A stretch of 31,668 bases of DNA from Granulicella sp. (GTDB taxonomy: Bacteria; Acidobacteriota; Terriglobia; Terriglobales; Acidobacteriaceae): assembly GCA_027339965.1 (NCBI GenBank), contig DAHWNL010000064.1, positions 1 to 31,668 on the forward strand, in the 5' to 3' direction. Below the pieces are notes generated by a model, which ran no database searches, was not told where the DNA came from, and saw only the letters and a program-made list of their open reading frames with translations. The position numbers were made by a program, and so were the translations under genes. How positions within the stretch are numbered: position 1 is the first letter of the stretch; each line of letters begins with the position of its first letter. Below are positions 9,332 through 17,745 of the stretch, in pieces.

Positions 9332-12175
9332 GTGGTGTCTGATCTTCTCGAAAAGATGAACCCCCAGCAGCGCGAGGGGATCCTCGCCACTGAGGGTCCG
9401 GTGCTGCTGCTTGCTGGAGCCGGCAGCGGCAAGACCCGGGTGATCACCCATCGCATCGCCTACCTCATCCGAGAGATGGGCGTCTCTCCGGACCACATTT
9501 TGGCCGTCACGTTTACCAACAAGGCCGCGGCGGAGATGGGCGAGCGGGTGGAAAGGATCCTGGGTCACACGACCCTGGCCCAACCCACCATCTCGACCTT
9601 CCACAGCCTCTGCGTGCGGATTCTGCGCCGAGACATCGAGGCCCTGCGCGTCGGCAACCAAGGCCTGACCCGCAACTTCGCCATCTACGACGAGACCGAT
9701 CAGCAGGCGGTGGTAAAGCAGGCCCTGAAGCGCCTCTTTCTGGATGACAAGGCGCTGAAGCCCCGCGTCGCTCTCAGCCGCATCTCCTGGGCCAAGAGCC
9801 ACATGATGGATCCGCAGGAGTACTTTCTCGCCTCCACCCATCCCGAGGAAGAGAAGATCGCTCACATCTTCAAGATCTACAAGGAGGAGCTGGCCAAGGC
9901 CAACGCCCTGGACTTCGACGATCTGCTCCTGGAGACCGTCCGTCTGCTCAAGTCCTCCTCCGAAGTGCTCGCCCGCTACAACCGCCGCTTCCGCTATCTG
10001 CTGATCGATGAGTATCAGGACACCAACCGTCCCCAGTACGAGTTGATGAAGCTGCTTGGCAAGCACGGCAACGTCTGCGTGGTGGGCGACGAAGACCAGT
10101 CCATCTATTCCTGGAGGGGCGCGGATATCCGCAACATCCTGGAGTTCGAGCGCGACTTTCCCGAAACGCGCATCATCCGGCTGGAACAGAACTACCGCTC
10201 CACCGAAGCCATCCTGGAGGCTGCCGGCGCCGTGGTGGCGCGGAACACCCAGCGCAAGGGCAAGAACCTGTGGACCGCGCGAGAGGGCGGTTCGCTGATT
10301 GGTTCCTACGAGGCCGCGGACGGCGAGAGCGAAGCGCTGTTCATCGCCGACCGTATCGCCCAGTATCTGCGCGAGACCGCCGCGGAGCTGCCCCGTTGCG
10401 CCGTGCTCTACCGCACCAACTCCCAGTCACGGCTGGTGGAAGAGGCTCTGCGCCGCTACCAGATCCAGTACCACATGGTGGGAGGCTTCAGCTTTTACGA
10501 GCGCGCCGAGGTCAAGGACATCCTCAGCTACCTCAAGCTGGTGCAGAACCCGCATGACTCGATTGCCTTCGGCCGGGTCGTCAACTCCCCGCCACGTGGG
10601 ATCGGCAAAACCACCATGGAGACCCTGGAGCGGATCGCGCTGAGCGCGGGCATCAGTACCTGGGATGCCGTGGCCCGCGCTACAGAAGAGAAGCTGCTGC
10701 CGCAGCGCGCTCTCTCCGCCCTTGGCAACTTTCGCAAGCTCATCGAAGACGCCCGCGCCGTGGCCGGCCTGCAAGACGCCGGCGAACCCGAACGCGACCG
10801 CCCGAGCGCGTCGCCTGCTCCTCTTTCTCCGCATGCGCTTGAAGAGTCTGTGGACTTCGACTTCGGCTTTCAGTCCAATAAAGCCGAGAGCCAAGAAGCA
10901 GACGCCCCGCTCACAGCCGAGGAGGACGGCACAGGCCCGGACACCAGCTTCAACTTCGGCTTCGACTTCGACCCCAGCGAAGAGCTCGCAGCTCCGGCTG
11001 CGGAGAAAGCTCATTCCAACCGGCCGGCGCAAGAGCCGATGCCCGAAGCCGAGGCGAGCTTCAATCCCTTTGCTCCGGTCGCCCTGCCCCGGGGCCCAGC
11101 CGGTACGGCCCAACGGTTGGCCAACGCAGCGCATCTCAGCCGCATGCTCGCAGCCCAGAGCAAGGAAGCGCCGTTCGATGTCCCCGGCAGCGCGCCAGTG
11201 GCGGACGCTACTACCGCGAACGGAACAGCCAGCCTGCCCATGCTCATCAAGTTCCTCAACGATCGCTCCGGCTACATCCGCGCTCTGGAGGAGGAAGCCA
11301 CGCCGGAGAGCCTCTCCCGGATCGAGAACCTGAAGGAGTTGGCCAACGCGGCGCGCGACGCCACCGCTCGCGGAGAGACGCTGGCTGAGTTCCTGGATCA
11401 CGCCGCCCTGGTCTCCGACGCCGACAGCTACTCCTCCGATGCGCGCGTCACGCTGATGACGCTGCATGCCGCCAAGGGCCTGGAGTTTCCCTTGGTCTTC
11501 CTGGCCGGCATGGAAGAGGGACTCTTTCCCCACTCGCGCACCCTGCAGGACCCGGTCCAGATGGAAGAGGAGCGCCGCCTGTGCTACGTTGGCATGACCC
11601 GCGCCATGGACACCCTGATCATGACCCGGGCGCGCTATCGCCGCCGCTACGGCAACGACATGCCGGAGGCGTCGCTGCCCTCGCGCTTTCTGGCCGAGGT
11701 ACCTGCGCGGCTGATCGAAGATCTCAGCCCGGGGCGAGCCTCCGGCTTTGGCGGCTCGGCGCCTTTCGCGCAACGGAACCGCCGCGACGAGGATCGCCTG
11801 AGCGGCGAATGCCACTTCTCCTACGAGGATGAGTCTCAGGATGCAGGCTCCGGAGCCCGCGCCTACGCCAAGCAACGTTTCAGCCAGCGCCGCAGGGAGC
11901 ACCCGCGCTCCGGAAGCGGTCCGTTGGATAACACCGCTGCTTTCTTTGGCAGAGGAGGCGTCTCCAGCTTCCACGGCCGCCCGAGCCGGGAGGCCGCATC
12001 GCCCCCCGGCGGCTTGGAGTTGGGCAAAGGAGCCCGCGTTCGCCATCCTAAGTACGGCGAAGGGGTGATCTTCTCTCGCGAAGGGGAGGGCGAAGATGCC
12101 AAGCTTACCGTACAATTTAGAGGTCACGGCATGAAAAAGCTGGTCGAGAGGTTCGCCCAGCTCGAGCGGTTGTAA
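9332..12175 (+). CDS. pcrA: ATP-dependent DNA helicase PcrA/UvrD (SF1A)
   Basis: Walker A AGAGSGKT, TFTNKAA, DEYQDTN, VGDEDQSIY, LEQNYRS, LYRTN, TLHAAKGLEF, EERRLCYVGMTRA; C-terminal Tudor-like domain (RVRHPKYGEG). The start is GTG at 9332 or 9335. Confidence 0.96.
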   Translation: MVSDLLEKMNPQQREGILATEGPVLLLAGAGSGKTRVITHRIAYLIREMGVSPDHILAVTFTNKAAAEMGERVERILGHTTLAQPTISTFHSLCVRILRRDIEALRVGNQGLTRNFAIYDETDQQAVVKQALKRLFLDDKALKPRVALSRISWAKSHMMDPQEYFLASTHPEEEKIAHIFKIYKEELAKANALDFDDLLLETVRLLKSSSEVLARYNRRFRYLLIDEYQDTNRPQYELMKLLGKHGNVCVVGDEDQSIYSWRGADIRNILEFERDFPETRIIRLEQNYRSTEAILEAAGAVVARNTQRKGKNLWTAREGGSLIGSYEAADGESEALFIADRIAQYLRETAAELPRCAVLYRTNSQSRLVEEALRRYQIQYHMVGGFSFYERAEVKDILSYLKLVQNPHDSIAFGRVVNSPPRGIGKTTMETLERIALSAGISTWDAVARATEEKLLPQRALSALGNFRKLIEDARAVAGLQDAGEPERDRPSASPAPLSPHALEESVDFDFGFQSNKAESQEADAPLTAEEDGTGPDTSFNFGFDFDPSEELAAPAAEKAHSNRPAQEPMPEAEASFNPFAPVALPRGPAGTAQRLANAAHLSRMLAAQSKEAPFDVPGSAPVADATTANGTASLPMLIKFLNDRSGYIRALEEEATPESLSRIENLKELANAARDATARGETLAEFLDHAALVSDADSYSSDARVTLMTLHAAKGLEFPLVFLAGMEEGLFPHSRTLQDPVQMEEERRLCYVGMTRAMDTLIMTRARYRRRYGNDMPEASLPSRFLAEVPARLIEDLSPGRASGFGGSAPFAQRNRRDEDRLSGECHFSYEDESQDAGSGARAYAKQRFSQRRREHPRSGSGPLDNTAAFFGRGGVSSFHGRPSREAASPPGGLELGKGARVRHPKYGEGVIFSREGEGEDAKLTVQFRGHGMKKLVERFAQLERL

Positions 12176-12252
12176 GAACATCCGCAGGCACAACGGAGAC
12201 TGCTCGGCCGGTCCCATTCCAATTGGAAAGTTCGGAACAAAAAGAGAGGCAC

Positions 12253-12408
12253 ATGGCAAACACCAAGAACGTCACCGACAAGCTGGAGCGCAAGAAGCTT
12301 AAGCGCACCGCGCGCAAGAAAGCCGCCCCCAAGGCCCCCCGCACCGGCCCCCGCGGCGAAAACAAGTCCAAGGTACGCAAGCTGGCCCGCGGCCAGAGCA
12401 AGCGCTAA
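12253..12408 (+). CDS. Small, very basic hypothetical protein (51 aa)
   Basis: AGAGAGG RBS (12243-12249) then ATG; MANTKNVTDKLERKKLKRTARKKAAPKAPRTGPRGENKSKVRKLARGQSKR; strongly biased AAG/CGC/ACC/GCC codons; downstream terminator. Confidence 0.85.
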   Translation: MANTKNVTDKLERKKLKRTARKKAAPKAPRTGPRGENKSKVRKLARGQSKR

Positions 12409-12520
12409 GGCAGTTTCAGTGTAAGTGTACGCAATGCCTCGACTGCTATGGGCGTTTTCCCCAAGGAAAACGCCGCTGTAAGCCCTCTTCGGGACACCCA
12501 TCAACACTGAAAATGCTTTA
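12406..12520. repeat. MITE-like palindromic repeat, copy 2
   Basis: TA-bounded terminal IRs TAAGGCAGTTTCAGTG (12406-12421) / CACTGAAAATGCTTTA (12505-12520), 14/16 match; perfect internal hairpin GGCGTTTTCC-CCAA-GGAAAACGCC (12451-12474). Confidence 0.87.
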
Positions 12521-12549
12521 AGGCGGCCCCATCGATCGGAAGAGTCCCC

Positions 12550-12584
12550 AGGCGAGCAGATTCCCGCTGCTCGCCTTTTTCTTT
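12550..12584 (+). terminator. Rho-independent terminator
   Basis: AGGCGAGCAG-ATTCCCG-CTGCTCGCCT perfect 10-bp stem followed by TTTTCTTT. Confidence 0.85.
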
Positions 12585-12825
12585 GCGCCTTGGGGCATCA
12601 CGCCAAGCGGCTGCGCAGCGGGCCGGCCCTGCGGAAATCAAGGAATCGGCGGCGCCTCTCGAGGGAATCGAACGCTGCAGCATGGTTGCTTGCCGACAGC
12701 GCGCAGCCATTGCTTGGTTGCATGATGGAGGGCGCAGAGCCCGGAGCGCCTGGCATCCCCTTCGCGACCTCCTTGAAAAGCGCATACAATCGTTGCCATC
12801 TGCCAAACCGACGAGGAACGAGTAC

Positions 12826-14394
12826 CTGGCCCGCCAAATCTTCGCCACAAAGTCCATTGACAAGCTCATTCGCGAGTCCGAGGCTCCGGAGACGGCGCTC
12901 AAGAAGACCCTTGGCCCCGTTTCACTCACCGCATTGGGAGTCGGAGCCGTGATTGGCTCGGGAATCTTCACCGTGATCGGAACCGCTATCGGCGGCAATC
13001 CCGCTGGTCTGAGCGACTGGAAGGCCTCCCCGGTGATTGACCTGATTCTTGGTCTGCTTCACCACAGCGTCGGACACATCGCCGGCCGGCCCGGCGCCGG
13101 CCCGGCGCTGGCGCTCTCGATGATCCTGGTAGCCATCGTCTGCTGCTTCACCGGCCTCTGCTATGCCGAGCTGGCCAGCATGATCCCCATCGCAGGATCG
13201 GCTTACACCTACACCTACGCCACGCTCGGCGAGCTGATTGCCTGGATCATCGGCTGGGATCTGATTCTGGAGTATGCCTTCTCCAACATGAGCGTCTCGG
13301 TTGGCTTTGCGGCTCATTTCGTCGATCTGCTCGACTGGCTGGGTATTCCGCTCGACCCCAAGTGGCTCTCGCCCGCGTATCTGCCCCAGGGCCTGCAAGA
13401 CCTGGCGGGCAACGCCATCTATCAACCGGGGTGGCACTTCGGCTTCAATATTCCAGCCTTCCTGATCGTCATCCTGCTCACCGTGGTGCTGGTCCGCGGC
13501 ATCCGTGAGTCGGCCCGCACCAACAACATCATGGTGCTGGTCAAACTGGTGGCGATTCTCGCCTTCATCTTCGTCGGCCTGCACTTCCTCCATCCCGCGT
13601 ACTACCATCCCTTCGCGCCCAACGGATGGTCCGGTGTCCTGGCCGGCGGCAGCATCATCTTCTTCACCTACATCGGCTTTGACTCGGTCTCCACGGCCAG
13701 CGAAGAGTGCCGGCATCCGCAGCGCGACGTTCCCATCGGCATCATCGCCACGCTGATCGTCTGCACCATCCTTTACATCGGCGTAGCCGTCATCCTGACC
13801 GGGATCGTTCCTTGGCAGAGCGTCGCCGGAGACGCCGCTCCTGTGGTCAACGGACTCAAGCGTCTCACGCAGCAGACGGGGAGCTCGCTGCTGCACTGGA
13901 CGCGGCTGGTCGTCCTGCTGGGCGCCATCATCGGCATGATCTCCTCGATTCTGGTCTTCCAGCTTGGCCAGGCCCGGGTCTGGTTCGCGATGAGCCGTGA
14001 CCGACTGCTGCCCGATGTCTTCTCCAAGGTCCACCCCCGCTTTCGCACCCCGGCCTTCGCTACCTGGGTCGCCGGGATTCTGGTCGCCATCCCCGCCGGC
14101 CTCTTTGATGTCGGAACCCTCGCCGAACTCTCCAACATCGGCACGCTCTTCGCCTTTATCCTGGTCTCCATCGGGGTGCCGGTGCTGCGTCACAAGCATC
14201 CCGAGCGCCAGCGCGGCTTCCGCGTGCCGGGAGGCCCCCTCTTCCCCGCGCTCAGCATCCTGTTCTGCCTCCTGTTGATGGCCGGCCTGCCCGTGATGAC
14301 ATGGCTCCGCTTCTTTGTGTGGCTGATCATGGGTCTGTTCGTCTACTACTTTTACAGCCGCAAACGGAGCGAGTTTTTCACCGGCAAGGAATAG
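12826..14394 (+). CDS. APC-family amino acid permease (cationic amino acid transporter-like)
   Basis: KSID..LKKTLG..LTALGVGAVIGSGIF, GLCYAELASMIP.AGSAYTY, FFTYIGFD, SRD.LLP..FSKVHPRFRTP motifs. The start is placed at CTG 12826 behind a GAGGA RBS; the ORF-track start at 12583 would run through a terminator region and non-family sequence. Confidence 0.92.
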   Translation: MARQIFATKSIDKLIRESEAPETALKKTLGPVSLTALGVGAVIGSGIFTVIGTAIGGNPAGLSDWKASPVIDLILGLLHHSVGHIAGRPGAGPALALSMILVAIVCCFTGLCYAELASMIPIAGSAYTYTYATLGELIAWIIGWDLILEYAFSNMSVSVGFAAHFVDLLDWLGIPLDPKWLSPAYLPQGLQDLAGNAIYQPGWHFGFNIPAFLIVILLTVVLVRGIRESARTNNIMVLVKLVAILAFIFVGLHFLHPAYYHPFAPNGWSGVLAGGSIIFFTYIGFDSVSTASEECRHPQRDVPIGIIATLIVCTILYIGVAVILTGIVPWQSVAGDAAPVVNGLKRLTQQTGSSLLHWTRLVVLLGAIIGMISSILVFQLGQARVWFAMSRDRLLPDVFSKVHPRFRTPAFATWVAGILVAIPAGLFDVGTLAELSNIGTLFAFILVSIGVPVLRHKHPERQRGFRVPGGPLFPALSILFCLLLMAGLPVMTWLRFFVWLIMGLFVYYFYSRKRSEFFTGKE

Positions 14395-14462
14395 CTGCAT
14401 CGCTCTGGCCCCGGCCGGCTGGTTCCCAGCGCCGTCGGTCGCTTCCCAATGCCTCGCAGCTG

Positions 14463-14502
14463 CGCTGAGCCACGAGCCTCACGCTGAGCCACGAGCCTCA
14501 CG
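14463..14502. repeat. Perfect 19-bp tandem duplication
   Basis: CGCTGAGCCACGAGCCTCA x2 plus CG. Confidence 0.9.
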
Positions 14503-14719
14503 GAAGGGTCCAGTGTAGAGTGAAGAGTAGAGCAGAGACCATCTGCGGGAAGAAGCGCCGGCCAAGTCCACGGATCTGGCTTGCATCTTCCGGAGAGGTT
14601 GCTTCCTCTTCGGGCCAAAACCTGTTCAGACGGAAGCCATGGACACCCTGGAGAGAGTCGCACCGATCAGCGCGCTGTCCCTCTCACAACTACGGAAGCG
14701 GCTCCTCGACACTCCACCT

Positions 14720-15808
14720 ATGGCGCACTCGCGACAGTCTCCGCATCCCCACCAGCCCACCCCCCCGAACGCCCCGCAGGCAGGCCCGGGCGACGCCAAG
14801 CCGGACCCCATCGAATGGCTGCGCGGACTCCCCAAAGCCGAGTTGCACCTTCATCTAGAGGGTTCCATCACTCCAGAGACACTGGTCGAGCTCTCTGCGC
14901 GCAACGATCCCTCCCCTCTTTCGCTTGACGCCGCGCGCGCCATCTACAGCTACCATGACTTCCCCAGCTTCCTGCTCTGCTTCAAAGCCGTCACCGAGCG
15001 GCTGCACACTCCGGCGGACTACGAGCTGATCACCTTCAATATGCTGCGCGACCTGGCGCGCCAGGGAGTGCGTCACGCCGAAGCCTACATCTCCATCGGC
15101 ATCCTCCATCGGCAGGCGCGTCTGGATGTCGATCAGGTCATCGCCGCGGTAGATCTCGGCCGGACTCGCGCCGAGGGCGAGTTCGGCATCTCCCTGTTGT
15201 GGATCGTCGACGCGGTGCGGCACTTCGGTCTGGAGGCCTGCACGCGTGTCTTTCGCAAGGCTGCGGAGCTACAGTACTCCTTCCCCAGCATCATAGGCGT
15301 TGGCCTTGGAGGAGATGAGCTGCTGGGTCCGGCGCATGAGTTCCGCGATCTCTACGCCGACGCCCGAGCGGCCGGTCTGCGCCTTACCTGCCATGCCGGC
15401 GAGAACGCCGGACCGCAGAGCATCTGGGCGGCCATCAACATCGGCGCCGAGCGCATCGGCCACGCCCTCTCGGCTCAGAAGGATCCCGAGCTGATCGAAG
15501 TCCTGGCGCAGCGTCAGATTCCGTTGGAACTGAACATCACCAGCAACCTGCGCACCGGCTGCTGCCCCGCTCTGCATGCCCACCCTGCGCGCCGCTACTT
15601 TGAGGAGGGCCTGATGGTCACCCTCAACTCCGATGATCCGCCGTTCTTCGGCGCCAATCTGCTGGACGAGTACCTGCTCGCCGAGCGCAGCTTTGGGTTC
15701 TCGCCGGAGCAGCTTCGCGAACTGGCGGCCAACTCCATTGAAGCCAGCTTTCTGCCGCCCGAGCGGAAGCTGGCTCTGCTAAGCGAGGTGGAGCGCTATG
15801 GCTGGTAG
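14720..15808 (+). CDS. add: Adenosine/adenine deaminase
   Basis: LPKAELHLHLEGS, HAGE, RIGHA and LNSDDP metal-binding motifs. ATG 14720 is preferred over 14639; the start is uncertain. Confidence 0.93.
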   Translation: MAHSRQSPHPHQPTPPNAPQAGPGDAKPDPIEWLRGLPKAELHLHLEGSITPETLVELSARNDPSPLSLDAARAIYSYHDFPSFLLCFKAVTERLHTPADYELITFNMLRDLARQGVRHAEAYISIGILHRQARLDVDQVIAAVDLGRTRAEGEFGISLLWIVDAVRHFGLEACTRVFRKAAELQYSFPSIIGVGLGGDELLGPAHEFRDLYADARAAGLRLTCHAGENAGPQSIWAAINIGAERIGHALSAQKDPELIEVLAQRQIPLELNITSNLRTGCCPALHAHPARRYFEEGLMVTLNSDDPPFFGANLLDEYLLAERSFGFSPEQLRELAANSIEASFLPPERKLALLSEVERYGW

Positions 15809-15850
15809 AGCGATCTTCGGGATCACTCTGGATCGCTCTGGATCGCTTTG
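15807..15850. terminator. Hairpin between convergent genes with a triplicated 10-bp arm
   Basis: AGAGCGATC (15807-15815) is complementary to the GATC(A/G)CT(C/T)TG units repeated three times at 15821-15850. Confidence 0.5.
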
Positions 15851-15871
15851 GGAACGATGCTCTGAGATTCT

Positions 15872-16522
15872 TCATTTTCCCGATGGCGCCGGGACCATCA
15901 CGACGTTGGGATCGACCCTGGGAATCCCAAAGTGTCCGCTGAGGTGGATGAGATCCAGCGGACGCAGATCCCCGGAGACCTCAATCACGTTCATCTGCCG
16001 CGGACTGCGCACCAGCACCAGAACATTGTCGATGTCCATCCCGGTAAGGTGCAGCCAGAGGTCGGTGAGGGTCCGGCGCGGCGGGGTTGCAGCCGGCGGG
16101 GCTCCTGGAACCATGGTTCGCGCTGTTGTGGGCCCCGGATGCTGCTCCACCAGGTGCTTCCATCCGGTTGCCTCCAGCATCGCGGTCAGCGCATGCATGG
16201 CCTGCGGAACATAGAACGCCGGCTCCTGATAGTGATAGTTCTCCACCCGAATGCTGTCCAGCTGCATCGGCGGTCCCTCGCCATCGTTCAGGAATCCTGC
16301 GGCCAACTGCAACATATTGCGATCAAAGGTAAACGAGCTACGGCTGGCCGGCTGGGGAGCCAGACTCCCAATCATTTCCTCCATTCCCGGCGGTGGCGGC
16401 GCAACCGGCTGCGGCTGGACCGGAGCGACCGGGGATTGCTGTGCCGGAGCAAGCGGCGCCAAAACCAGAACACCCGCTAACGGAACCACCGCCAGCAGAC
16501 TGCCTCTGCGGAGTTTCTTCAT
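15872..16522 (-). CDS. Exported hypothetical protein, DUF4252-like
   Basis: GAGG RBS before ATG 16522; signal peptide MKKLRRGSLLAVVPLAGVLVLAPLAPA; SFTFDRNMLQLA and C-terminal SGDLRPLDLIHLSGHFGIP patterns. Confidence 0.7.
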   Translation of the reverse strand: MKKLRRGSLLAVVPLAGVLVLAPLAPAQQSPVAPVQPQPVAPPPPGMEEMIGSLAPQPASRSSFTFDRNMLQLAAGFLNDGEGPPMQLDSIRVENYHYQEPAFYVPQAMHALTAMLEATGWKHLVEQHPGPTTARTMVPGAPPAATPPRRTLTDLWLHLTGMDIDNVLVLVRSPRQMNVIEVSGDLRPLDLIHLSGHFGIPRVDPNVVMVPAPSGK

Positions 16523-16630
16523 GAAGACCTCGCAATCGCCATAAACCGCTTCTGCTGTCAAAAGTTGCGTTGGAATGATGCCGCGGATCGAGACCCCTGG
16601 CTGGCGGACCCGGAGCCACGGTCCACGCAA

Positions 16631-17695
16631 CTACTCCTGCCGGGGCGCAAAGTAGCCCTTCCGGACGCGCACCGAATAGCGCGGATCCACACACTGAAGG
16701 TAGATGGTGCGGAAGGCCCCGTTGGGCTTGTAGTCCGCCGGAACATAGACCAGTGAATACTGGCTGCGCAGCTCGGCCTCGATGTTCAGGAAACCCTCTC
16801 CCACATCCGGCATGCTCGGGGGAAAGAACGCCTGCCCTCCGGTCGCCGAGGAGATCGCCCGCAGTACGTCGTCGCCCTTGTCACGGCTGGGACCGGTGTT
16901 CGTGCTGATGGTGTACACGATGGTTGAGGCTCGCTGGCACATCTTGATGGCTTCATCTTCCGTCGCCCGGCTATAGTCATCATCGCCATCCGATACCATC
17001 ACGATCGCCTTGCGTACCTCCTCTTCCTGGTTCAAAGGCAGCATCTGGTCACGGCAGGTCTTGTAGAGGGAGTCGAACAACGCCGTTCCGCCGCCTGGCC
17101 GCAGCCGCTCAATCGCGCTATTCAGCAGGTCCACACGGTTGGTAAAGTTCTGCTCGATATCGGTCTGGACATCGAAGCCCTCGACGAACGACCGATCCGC
17201 CGGGTGCATCACCTGCAATAGAAAATCGACCGCCGCCTGCTGCTCGTAGTGAAATCGCTCCCGGATGGAGCTGGAGGTGTCGATCATGATGCCCACGCGC
17301 AAGGGCAGATTGGTCTGTTGCTCAAAGCGAATCACCCGCTCCGGCGGACGGCCATCGTCCAGGAGCCCAAAGTCCTTGGGCTCCAAGCCGTTGACAAAGC
17401 CTCCATGCTTGTCGGTGACCGCGAAGAAGAGATCCACCTCACGCGTGAACACGTGCAGAACTTCAGTCCCTGGCGGCTCGCCCAGGCGCCGCTCCAGTTG
17501 CGGGGCGGGTGCGGAGGAAGACGGCGGCGTGGCCTGCTGTGCGGAGCCTGACGGAGCTGGGCTTGCCGGTGTTGAGCCTGCCTGGGGGGTGGAGGGCGGC
17601 GGCGGAGGTGGACTGCTCTGCGCGGCGGCGGCCAGCCCCCATGCAGCCGATCCGAGGATCAGGCCCGTCCATAGCGCGCATGTGCGAAATCTCAT
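16631..17695 (-). CDS. Exported VWA-domain protein (acidobacterial VWFA-related type)
   Basis: Signal peptide, Pro/Ser linker, VTDKHGGFVNGL..DF..LDDG, MIDAS DTSSS, GGTALFD, SDGDD, TGG.AF, ELRSQY. The start is ATG 17695 or 17704. Confidence 0.9.
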   Translation of the reverse strand: MRFRTCALWTGLILGSAAWGLAAAAQSSPPPPPPSTPQAGSTPASPAPSGSAQQATPPSSSAPAPQLERRLGEPPGTEVLHVFTREVDLFFAVTDKHGGFVNGLEPKDFGLLDDGRPPERVIRFEQQTNLPLRVGIMIDTSSSIRERFHYEQQAAVDFLLQVMHPADRSFVEGFDVQTDIEQNFTNRVDLLNSAIERLRPGGGTALFDSLYKTCRDQMLPLNQEEEVRKAIVMVSDGDDDYSRATEDEAIKMCQRASTIVYTISTNTGPSRDKGDDVLRAISSATGGQAFFPPSMPDVGEGFLNIEAELRSQYSLVYVPADYKPNGAFRTIYLQCVDPRYSVRVRKGYFAPRQE

Positions 17696-17745
17696 GCTAA
17701 CCATCGTATCAATTGACGTGGCCGAAGCACCTTTTGAAGCGCCGT

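Noticed and set aside
10765..11232. Intein in the helicase
   Set aside because: No Cys/Ser start, His-Asn end or LAGLIDADG motifs; the composition is low-complexity.
10427..12259. 610-aa minus-strand ORF, and similar long ORFs at 17713-19410, 12922-14400, 6938-8119, 5059-6195, 21586-22668, 22675-23784 and 30441-31385
   Set aside because: Antisense or off-frame shadows of well-supported genes, expected in high-GC DNA; no family motifs.
14400..14719. Purine riboswitch upstream of add
   Set aside because: No recognisable purine-aptamer core, and the gene looks leaderless.
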